A program made the translations under genes and the position numbers. The notes under the pieces are model-generated. The model was not told the DNA's origin and made no database searches. It saw only the letters and a program-made list of their open reading frames with translations. From contig OX597831.1 of assembly GCA_951406725.2 (NCBI GenBank), forward strand, positions 27,590,001-27,654,000: 64,000 bases of DNA, read 5' to 3'. The stretch's first letter is position 1, and the number at the start of each line of letters is the position of its first letter. Shown piece by piece: positions 53,878 through 64,000 of this stretch. The stretch comes from Octopus vulgaris. Lineage: Eukaryota.

Positions 53878-54284
53878 TATCCTTCCGCATTAACATGTTG
53901 TCTTACATCTCATATAAATAACTATTACTAAAAGAAGGTGCGTTAGTCCAGTGGTTAAAAGTACGCTTGAGTCCTGTATTAATATTATTCGGAAGTTTGG
54001 TATGGGAATTTTGAGCCAGTGTTCAAATCTCGAAAAGCTGAACTTCCCATTAAGATTTTAAAAATGTTCCCAAGGTTGGGAGAATAAGTGCGTAGGCACG
54101 TAATTGTAAATTAGTTCAGTCATTTTCTCTACGTTAGAAACTATTCCTATGGTTTTGCAGGATGGTAGAAAGATTGGTGAGGTTGAAGGAAGGTAGGTGG
54201 TAAAAAAGGGTTGAGGCTAATGGCAAAGAAGGCTGCCAGTGGCGGCAGAGAAACTATGAGTGGGGGAGGAAAGGGTGTTGGGTG

Positions 54285-54560
54285 TTCTACTTTGGCGAAG
54301 TGTGTTGTATCTTTGTGTTCAACCTTAATCAGGTGTGCTGTATCTAGATCAGGTGTGTTGTATTTTGATGTTCAACCTTGATCAGGTGTGTTCTACACTG
54401 ACCAGGTGTGTTGTACCTAGGCCAGGTGTGTTCTATCTTGGTCAGGTGAGTTGTATCCTAGTGGTCAACTTTGATCAGGTGTGTTGTACCTTGGCCAAGT
54501 ATGTTCTGCTTTGGCTAGGTATCTACCTTGATTATGTTTACTCTACCCTGGTCTCGGGTT
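54285..54560. repeat. Degenerate ~20-bp tandem repeat (CAGGTGTGTTGTACCTTGAT-like)
   Basis: CAGGTGTG recurs about 8 times. Confidence 0.75.
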
Positions 54561-54751
54561 GACCGATGTTTTGGATACTGACCAATGCTTTGAACGTCCA
54601 GGAAGTTACTATGCCTATTAGTTTCACATGCAGGTCCTGCTATCGTTTTGTATTTCCGTATTGTTCCTTGTCAATGGAATGTTAAAAAGAGTGTAACAGT
54701 GTGGGTATACAACAAAGAGAAACTAAAAATAATCTTGCAGTGTTTTGAGCT

Positions 54752-54870
54752 ATACTCATCTGAAGAGGTGCATGTATACAGTTATTCTTGGACCATATTA
54801 ATATAATAATGTGTATAATATTTGAGACATTCAGCAATTACGAGCTGATGCACGGAAACAATTGTAAATA
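54752..54870 (+). ncRNA. Decayed hammerhead motif with long stem II insert
   Basis: CTGAAGA-G-GTGCAT...(~75 nt)...ATGCAC-G-GAAA-CAATTG-TA. Stem III is the palindrome ACAATTGT, but stem I pairs poorly. Confidence 0.45.
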
Positions 54871-54930
54871 TTTGTTACAAACTCTGTTTATTCCTTAAAA
54901 TTCTTATGTATATGTGTACGTACATGCATA

Positions 54931-54970
<40 letters not shown>

Positions 54971-55825
54971 TCTTTTACTCTACTTGTTTCAGTCATTTGA
55001 CTACGGCCATGCCGGAGCACCACCTATATATGTTTATGTATCTGTATATAAATGTTTCACTTATGTGTATATATCTATATGTAAACATACATATAAGTAA
55101 ACATATGTGCATATATGTATGTGTGTGTGTATGCATGTGTGTTTGTTTGCGTGTGTATGTGTTTGTGTGTGTGTAAAATCAACTTGATGCATATGTGTTT
55201 TTCTTTTTCCCTTTTACACCTGCTCCCACATATGTTTTACGTCCTCTTCTAACTTTTCTTTATTCTCCCACATTGTCTTTTTTACTTTCATTCCTCATCG
55301 ACTGTATTTATCAACCACCGAAGGTTTTTGCCATATATAATAGCTACCTTGTTATGTTTACATAGAAAAAAAACATGAAATAAACAAACGTCTCTGGATA
55401 GACAAAAAGAATATTAAGTATTGAATTATGAATTAATCGTTTTCAATTATTACTCAAGGATTGTACATAGAAAAACGTTTTACTTCAACTGTAGTTTTAC
55501 ATAGAAAAATACATGAATGTTTTACTGCAACTACACAAAATGTTTGTTAATTGTCATCTTCCATAACATTTATGGAATATCTTGAGTTTTTTAAAGTCTT
55601 TGGGAAACTTAATGCCCCACAAAAAGCTTAAATGCTAAACTCTGAGTAGAAAATTAAATGTACATAAAAAATATTAAATGGTATTGTCTGTCAAGTTGAT
55701 ATATGTAGATTAATTATCCCAAAGTGTAATTTTGCTCTGTAATAGCTGCTGAAAGTAAAACATACACATGCACACGCACTCACACTAACATATGCATACA
55801 CACACTCACACTCAGACGCACAGAA

Positions 55826-55877
<52 letters not shown>

Positions 55878-56020
55878 GAACATCTAGGTATTGTAGAATA
55901 CAGCGATTAATAAAATATAGTTTCAGTCAGTTTCTGATATATAATATAAAATTTATATATTTATTAGTTTTTAATGTGTGTTATGGTTTACCTGTTATAG
56001 TGTACACGCACTCACACACA

Positions 56021-56175
56021 CGCACGCGCGCACACAGACACACGCACGCGCGCACACAGACACACGCACGCGCGCACACAGACACACGCACGCGCGCACA
56101 CAGACACACGCACGCGCGCACACAGACACACGCACGCGCGCACACAGACACACGCACGCGCGCACACAGACACAC
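56021..56175. repeat. 22-bp tandem repeat (CGCACGCGCGCACACAGACACA) x7
   Basis: Perfect period-22 units. Confidence 0.95.
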
Positions 56176-56221
56176 ACATATATACATGCAGGAATACATA
56201 TACTTATATATGTATGTGTGC

Positions 56222-56270
<49 letters not shown>

Positions 56271-56488
56271 CACACACATATATATACACACGCATACTTG
56301 CATATATATATACATATACACACATGTTTATGTATATATACGCACATGTATATATCTATCTATATATATATATATATACACGTATATATATAGTGTATAT
56401 ATATCGTATATATACATACGTACATACGTGCATACATACATACATACATACATACATACATACATACATACATACATACATACATACA

Positions 56489-56524
<36 letters not shown>

Positions 56525-56534
56525 TATATCTTAT

Positions 56535-57030
56535 CAATAGATTTTTCTGTGAAATATGTTTAGCTGAAATGAAGTCCATCTACTTTGATTTTATAGAATT
56601 CCCAGCTCTTTGCACTTCAATTGAAACAGGGAACTCTATGAAACATCGGGAATATTTCTTCACTAAATGTAATCAAACAAACCATAAGGAATTAATTTCT
56701 GGGCAGTATCGATATTTCTTGGTCCCAATTATTGCCGTTTTAACCCTAGAGTTGAATTGTTGATGTAGTCATGATACTCCGGTGATCTGATGAGCTAGCT
56801 TTCAATAGAGCAAAGCTTTCATGTGGACTTCTCGCACGTCTGTCATATGAGCTTCACATAAACGTTGACCAATCAGTTTGTGCGTCAATGGATAGCGTTC
56901 TGGGGCGCACTCTCGTCTTAAAAGCTAACAACTTTTATAACAACGGCCAGAAAAAGGCATAATTCGCGACACAGCGCAGCGCCATATACCTCTTTGAAAG
57001 TCTAATGTGAAACCGGTCAAGTTTATACCT
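56535..57030 (+). mobile_element. Probable Penelope-like 3' remnant with a long-stem-II hammerhead (56787-57018)
   Basis: CEICLAEMKSIYF resembles the PLE C..CL.EK..I motif. Downstream is CTGATGA-GCTAGCTTTCAATAGAG...CTCTTTGAAAGTCTAATGT-GAAA-CCGG-TC. Confidence 0.55.
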
Positions 57031-57294
57031 ACATTTCAAAATCTAATTAAATTCTAATTAATTCTAATACATTATCTGTGCATGTTATTCAACTACATTT
57101 CTTCTATACTTCCACTTGTGTGGATCAATAGCGATATATATATATATATGTATATGTATATATGCATATATACACACATATATACATACATACATGCGTA
57201 CATACATACGTATATACATACATGCACACACACCACATTATAGTTTCTCTCTCTCTCTCTCTCACTCTTTCTTTCTTTCTTTGTCGCTCTCTTT

Positions 57295-57340
<46 letters not shown>

Positions 57341-57362
57341 TTCTCTCGCTTTTCACACTCAT

Positions 57363-57368
57363 TTTATT
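57363..57368 (-). promoter_or_regulatory. Candidate polyadenylation signal (AATAAA) for SLC28
   Basis: First AATAAA on the minus strand, ~170 nt after the predicted stop. Confidence 0.35.
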
Positions 57369-57534
57369 TGTCTGTTATTTTTTTTCTTTTTCTTGGTTTT
57401 TCTAGAAAATCCCATGAAATGGTCTGAAAATGAGTTCTTGATTCTGAACTTGATTCTGAAAATGATTCTGAAAATGAGTTCTTGGTTCTGTTTGTTTTCT
57501 GATGGACAGCATTTTGAAACTTGAGGCGTCTTCC

Positions 57535-57554
57535 CTATTGGTAGATCATTAGAC
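57535..57554 (-). CDS. SLC28: SLC28 terminal coding exon (G)-L-M-I-Y-Q-stop
   Basis: Strong acceptor TTCTTCTCTTCTTTTTAG|GT. Phase 1 matches the upstream donor and gives ACIAGLMIYQ*, like the ACIAG(I/L)L ending of CNTs. Confidence 0.7.
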
Positions 57555-57798
57555 CTAAAAAGAAGAGAAGAATGTGAGAGGGATATAATGACAGATAAAC
57601 AATGTATGTATGTATGTATGTATGTATGTATGTATGTATGTATGTATGTATGTATGTATGTATGTATGTATGTGTGCGTGTCATTATTCCCTTGTATTTC
57701 AAGATTTCTTCCCAATAGCGAAAGAGCTGGTTTCTAACCTAGATTCAAGGCTTCTTCATGTGTGTATGTATGTATGTATGTATGTATATATGTATGTA

Positions 57799-57833
<35 letters not shown>

Positions 57834-57880
57834 ACGCGCGCTTGTGTGTTTGTGCGAAGATATATAGGTTTAGGTAGACA

Positions 57881-57912
<32 letters not shown>

Positions 57913-57919
57913 GATAGAT

Positions 57920-57982
<63 letters not shown>

Positions 57983-57985
57983 TAG

Positions 57986-58019
<34 letters not shown>

Positions 58020-58080
58020 ACAGATAGATAGGTAGATAGAGAGAAAATCAGAGAGATACTTTAACAGCAAACACATAGAA

Positions 58081-58117
<37 letters not shown>

Positions 58118-58132
58118 AACATGTATATATAT

Positions 58133-58530
58133 CATAAAATACAAAATGGGACAAGAACGCAAAACATCCGGACAACTAGGTGATACAAAAAGGGAACAAC
58201 AAAACATCCAGATAGACGATACAAAAAAACAAGGACGGGTTATTCGAAGCCTTTTATCGCCAGTCAAGAACCGGATCATCCTCGCAATTTCGGCTGATTA
58301 ATCTTGAGATTGCTCCAATCTGGCCAGCCCCAAGGAAAAACTAAGCTAAGAGCATTAGATTCCTTGGAAAAAAAGCATCGAATGTATATGAAAACAAGGA
58401 CGGAAAAACAGACGATGTTACACGAATATGTCCTGTTATTATTATTATTATTATTTATTTTTATTGTATTTATATTGTATCACCTAGTTTTCCGGATGTT
58501 TTGCGTTCTTGTCCCATTTTGTATTTTATT
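58133..58530. mobile_element. Element with ~60-bp inverted termini and a hammerhead-like decayed interior
   Basis: AAAATACAAAATGGGACAAGAACGCAAAACATCCGGA..CTAGGTGATACA pairs with TGTATCACCTAG..TCCGGATGTTTTGCGTTCTTGTCCCATTTTGTATTTT. Confidence 0.7.
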
Positions 58531-58574
58531 TTATATATATGTATATATATAGCGGCGTACGCACACTTTGTTCT

Positions 58575-58613
<39 letters not shown>

Positions 58614-58876
58614 ATCGATTGATTGATTGTGAAGGCGTGTGGCTTCGTGGTTAGAGTATTCGGCTCATGACCGAGAGTTCAATTCCCAGTGACGCGTTGT
58701 GTCCTTAATTTCACTTTATTTCACATTGCTCCTGGCAAAAATGAGTAGTACCTGAGAACTACATTAAGGGCACACGTGTCTCTGGAGTGCTCAGCCACTT
58801 GCACGTTAATTTCACGAGCAGGCTGTTCTGTTGATCGGATCAACAGGAACCCTCGTCGTGGTCACCGACGGAGTGC

Positions 58877-58964
<88 letters not shown>

Positions 58965-59335
58965 TATATATATACGCACATATATAATACATATTATATA
59001 TATATCATATATATGTATATATCATATATATGTGTATATCATATACATGTATATATCATATATATGTGTATATCATATACATGTATATATCATATATATG
59101 TGTATATCATATACATGTATATATCATATATATGTGCATATCATATACATATATATATATATTTAAATATATATATATTATATATACATATTATATATAT
59201 ATTATATATATGTATATATATATATGTGTGTGTGTGTGTGTATACATATATTGGGAGAATTCATTAAAAAAACAAAAGACAGGTGGTGTAGACAATAAAT
59301 AGATGTATTAGTTTAACGCTCGGGAAGTGAAAGAG

Positions 59336-59373
59336 TCTTTAACGTTTCGAGCCTACGCTCTTCCACAGAAATA
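59336..59373 (-). ncRNA. Minimal hammerhead-like motif (A6>U variant or decayed)
   Basis: Reverse complement reads TTT-CTGTGGA-A-GAGC(gtag)GCTC-GAAA-CG-TT-AAAGAC. Confidence 0.5.
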
Positions 59374-59423
59374 AACAGGGAGAGGAAATAAAGAATGTGT
59401 AGTGGCTAGCGATCTATCCTGGC

Positions 59424-59499
<76 letters not shown>

Positions 59500-60072
59500 G
59501 AGATATACATGCATATAGATAGATAGATAGACTGGCAGGTAGAAGAGAGAGACAAATGAGAAATATAAATTATATATAAAACAAGTTTTAAACTACAAAA
59601 GCCACACACAAAAATGCTATGTTAACATCATCAAAATCCTCAATGATAACAACAGCATATTCGACAGTCTAATAGTAGTAGTAGCACCAGCAGCAGTTGT
59701 AGTAGTAGCAGAAGTAAGTCATCTGGACTTTACAGGTTTGAGTTTTAGGATTCATAGGACCGGTTACTTGGTTACCCTGGTCCATGGCGTATAAGTGACA
59801 GGGATCGCCACACTTTCCCTGAATTGGACGCCAGTTCGTCGCAGCGTTAGTCATTTACATGTGAAATGAAGTGTGTTGCTTAAGAAGGCAATGGGAATCG
59901 AAACCACTATCTCGCAGTCGTGAGTGTAATCCTCTGACCACTGGACCACGTCACGCTGTACCACGTCACGCTGTACCACGCACCGATGTCTCCTACATGT
60001 GGGAGTGGACAGTGTTTGCTGGAGTACATAAATACACTTGACAGTAGAGAGAGAGAGAGAGAGAGAGAGAGG

Positions 60073-60132
<60 letters not shown>

Positions 60133-60374
60133 AGGGACGGAGAGCACCAAATGTCAAGCATGTCGCACTGTCTCTCCAATCGATTCGTAACTGAATGTGG
60201 GAATGAACGGGGTAGCATGGTCCTCACCCAGAGAAGAACTTGGTGGTACAGTGAAGAGAAATCCGTGGGGTGTACAACATTGTTCGGCGCAACGTAGGGG
60301 CTGATCGCCCAGAGCTAACATGGGGCTAAACAACGAAGAGGACAGCAAAAGCCGCCGCGACCGCCACCCCACCG

Positions 60375-60421
<47 letters not shown>

Positions 60422-60423
60422 GT

Positions 60424-60806
60424 GGAAGCACTCCGTCGGTTACGACGACGAGGGTTCCGGTTGATCCGAATCAACGGAAACAGCCTGCTCGTGAAATTAA
60501 CGTGTAAGTGGCTGAGCACTCCACAGACACGTGTACCCTTAACGTAGTTCTCGGGGATATTCAGCGTGACACAGAGAGTGACAAGGCCGGCCCTTTGAAA
60601 TACAGGTACAACAGAAACAGGAAGTAAGAGTGAGAGAAAGTTGTGGTGAAAGAGTACAGCAGGGATCACCACCATCCCCTGCCGGAGCCTCGTGGAGCTT
60701 TAGGTGTTTTCGCTCAATAAACACTCACAACGTCCGGTCTGGGAATCGAAACCGCGATCCTATGACCGCGTGTCCGCTGCCCTAACCACTGGGCCATTGC
60801 GCCTCC
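60424..60806 (-). mobile_element. Young tRNA-derived SINE in an SLC28 intron
   Basis: Near-identical to 20286-20667. Inserted in a (CTA)n tract. Confidence 0.85.
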
Positions 60807-60869
60807 ACTCTACTACTACTACTACCACCACAACAACAACAACTTCAACAGCACCATTCTCCAACTTAC

Positions 60870-61050
60870 CTGCAATACAAGCTGTTAGGAAACAAGCGAC
60901 GTTGCCGGCTATCATTGCCCTTACCACTGTTTGTGCAATGATGTCTCTCTTTTGGGGTGCCAGAATGGTAAGTCCTCCCAGTACAATACCCATAGAACCA
61001 ATGTTGGCAAAACCACAAAGGGCATAGGTGGAGATGATCTCAGAACGGAC
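60870..61050 (-). CDS. SLC28: Concentrative nucleoside transporter (SLC28/CNT3-like) exon
   Basis: Acceptor TCTTCCACAG|, then VRSEIISTYALCGFANIGSMGIVLGGLTILAPQKRDIIAQTVVRAMIAGNVACFLTACIA-G, then donor |GTAAGT. 181 bp. Confidence 0.95.
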
Positions 61051-61597
61051 CTGTGGAAGATAATAGAAGGGTGTAAGAATTTAAGAATTGCTGGTGCAAA
61101 GGGGAGGGGTGGCTTTAATGCTTCTTGCTACTGGCACTCCGTCGATTACGACGATGACTGTTCCAGTTGATCCAATCGACAGAACAGCCCGCTCGTGAAA
61201 CTGACGTGCTGCAAGTGGCTGACTACTCCACAGATACGCGTACTCTTCCCGTAGTTCTCAAGGAAATTCGGCGTGACTTCATAACGATAAAATACAAAGT
61301 CACTCTCGGCGGAATTTGAACTCAGATCGAAAATGCATTTTGTCTGGAGTGATAACGATTCGGCCAGTTCGCCGCCTTAATAATCTTTTCTACCATAGGC
61401 ACAAAACCTGAAACGTTGGAGGAGGGGGATAGACTATTACGTCGACCCCAGTACGTAACTGGTGCTTATTTCATCGACTCCCGAACGGATGAAAGGCAAA
61501 GTCGACCTTGGCGGAATTTGAAATCAGAACGTAGCGACGCGCGAAATACCGCTAAGCATTTCGTCCAGCGTGCTAACGATTCTGCCAGCTCGCCGCC

Positions 61598-61643
<46 letters not shown>

Positions 61644-61808
61644 TAATAATAATAACGATAACGATAACGATGATAATAATAATAATAATAATAATAATAA
61701 TGGTGATGATAATAATAATGATGATAATAACAACAATAATAATTATAATAATAATGACATGATGATGATGATAATAATAATAATAATAATAATAATGATG
61801 ATATTTAC

Positions 61809-62072
61809 CTCCATAATGCCTCCTACTAATGTGGTACCTGTTTGATTTAAGAATATATCTCTACCGATCTGTGTCCAATCGTCTGTCATGTTATAATAGT
61901 TAGTGTAATTATCGAAAATTCTGCGGTTGTCCACGAACTTTTTCAGTCGACTGTAGGCGATCATTTCGTTAAGGAAGGTTTTGGTGCCAATCAGTTCAGC
62001 GACTTGCAAACAATCGTCTTGTGCTGTACCCATCAAAAAGGCAATTGGGTAGAGAACGTAAGAACAAATTTT
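61809..62072 (-). CDS. SLC28: Concentrative nucleoside transporter (SLC28/CNT3-like) exon
   Basis: Acceptor CCTTCCAG|, then KICSYVLYPIAFLMGTAQDDCLQVAELIGTKTFLNEMIAYSRL...GGIME, then donor |GTAAAT. 264 bp, in frame with the next exon. Confidence 0.93.
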
Positions 62073-62192
62073 CTGGAAGGAGAGAAAAATAAACACATAA
62101 ACACACAATAAAAACTGAATATATGTATGTGTGTGCGTTTGTACGAGATTCGCCTTCACCGGCAAAATGTCAGCACCTTATCGTCCCGTTCT

Positions 62193-62227
<35 letters not shown>

Positions 62228-62784
62228 ATGATATATGACAAAAGGCGATCTATTTTCTTTCGTTCACTTCCTTCGTAAAGACAAGACGTGCTTTTTACCT
62301 GTCCCTTCTCATAGCTCGTCTTTCTAACGTTCATAATTTTTCACATCATCTTGGCTTAACAGCCCTCACCGTTTGTTTTTACTCTCTTGTTCTCACTGTC
62401 CTGTTTTTATTACCACTTTCACCCTCCGCAAAAAATCCCAAGTTTTATTTAATTTGCTTTGCAGGAAGGACTGTTTCAACGAAGTCGCTTATTGTCCTTG
62501 CCTTCGTAACGCGGAGTAGATGAAACAGGGACAACTGATGAAGGGGAATGTTCTTTATGCTGCATGTCTCTTTTTTACTGTTTTTTTTTATTTTCGTTGT
62601 TCGAAAAAAGTTCGTTTTCTATGTTTTTGTTTTTTTATGTTTTCGTTTTCTCATTGTGTCTAAGTTTTTTCATGTCCTGTACCCATATATACACATATAT
62701 ATACAGATATATGTAGGTATGTACATATATGTATGTATATATGCATATATTTATATATTATTTATATTGTGTGTGTGTGTGTAA

Positions 62785-63949
62785 AATCATAAGTCAGTTT
62801 TTCTTTTGTTGCGAATTGAAGGAAAGAACAACAGAAGATGTCTTTAACCCGGTAAAGCAAAATGTATTGAGAGCGATGTAGTGGCAAACATGTATTAGCA
62901 TTTGCACTGATGGCACTCCATCCCTGCAGGGTCGAAAAAAAGGCTCCGTGGCTTATGTAGTACAAACAAAAGTAGAAAGTTAAAATTGTACATTGCCTGA
63001 TTCACCGCTAAGTTTTGGTGTCAAAATCTCTACCTGAAGACGATGGACAATGTTGTTAAAGTGATGAATTACATAAAATCGCATTCCCTATGATGCAGAC
63101 TTTCTGCATCCCTATGTGAAACTATGGATTCTGATTGTAAGTGTTTGCTGCTTCATACAGAAGTGCAATGGCTCTTGAAAGGAAAAGTGCTCTCTCGATC
63201 TATCTCTTTGTGAACTGATATAATCTGTTTGTTCGATGCTGAAAATTCTGGATTTGAATTTCTTAACGATTGATAATTGGTGGCTGGAAGTAGCATTTCT
63301 CTACGATCTTTTTGAGAAGCTGAACGTTTAAAATTTTGAGTCTGCAAGGAGCGAACGAAAATATTATTGCAATTACAGGCAAATGAAAGTCTTTCACCGA
63401 CAAGTTAGAACTGTGGATAAGGAAAGTTAAAAACTCGCAGCTTGACTGATTCCCAAACGTAGAGGCTTTTCTAAACGATTTTAAAATTTTGTCAGAAGTG
63501 CAGAAGACAGTAGACAACCTCTCTGTATCGTTTTCTAAGTATTTTCCATCACTTGATTATCAAATGTAGGAGCGGGTCATCAATCCTTTCGCAAGATCCG
63601 ACAGTACACACCTGCCGTTAACATTAACAGAAGTAAAAAGCTTAATAGATTTGAAAAAACGATCCTGTGCACAAAGCCTCATTTTCTGTGCTAGAATTGT
63701 CAGAATTTTGGATTTCGCTTTGGAGCCAATATCCTCGATTAGCTATTACAGCCATTAAATCACTGTTGCCCTTAGGAACATCGTATCTTTGCGAAGTAGT
63801 TATCTCTGCGCTTATGGAAATGAAGTAAAAGAAAAAAAAACGGAAACGATTAGAGACGGTAGATGAGGGGCTACGTATTTGTTTATCAAATTTAGAGCCG
63901 CGTTTCTACAAATTTATTTTCTCATATTCAATTGCATCCTTCTCATTAA
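62785..63949 (+). mobile_element. Decayed hAT (Buster/Charlie, ZBED5/8-like) transposase in an SLC28 intron
   Basis: Fragments CISICTDGTPSLQGRKKG, IVHCLIHR, LLLHTEVQWLLKGKVLSR, GTSYLCEV and QLHPSH*, with many stops and frameshifts. Confidence 0.88.
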
Positions 63950-64000
63950 AGACATTATTACTGTATTATATTACCTCTCTCTCTTACTTGTTTCAGTCAT

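Noticed and set aside
61570-61845. Poly-N ORF
   Set aside because: An (AAT)/(GAT)n microsatellite in an SLC28 intron, adjacent to a SINE.
62785-63949. Domesticated ZBED-type gene
   Set aside because: Multiple stops and frameshifts show it is a dead hAT copy.

Overview
AT-rich, microsatellite- and SINE-saturated eukaryotic DNA. The repeat landscape strongly suggests an octopus/cephalopod genome (inference). Two protein-coding genes are partly present, both on the minus strand. One is the last three coding exons of a concentrative nucleoside transporter (SLC28/CNT; 62072-61809, 61050-60870, 57554-57535). The other is the first coding exon of a type II phosphatidylinositol 4-kinase (37855-37445), whose downstream intron appears to cover the left 37 kb. 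Nearly all other listed ORFs are microsatellite or SINE artefacts. Transposon remnants include mariner, Tigger/pogo, hAT, piggyBac-like MITE, Helitron, Helentron/HINE, CR1/L2, RTE and Penelope-like (GIY-YIG) elements, plus at least four SINE families. The most notable signal is about a dozen type I hammerhead ribozyme (HHR) motifs, some with a complete core and some decayed. They include (i) a TSD-flanked palindromic element of two head-to-head tRNA-like Pol III heads, each followed by a hammerhead (2 copies), (ii) a palindromic/tandem element carrying a U3:A8 core-variant hammerhead, and (iii) hammerheads at the 3' ends of Penelope remnants. All structures were folded by eye and none was tested computationally.
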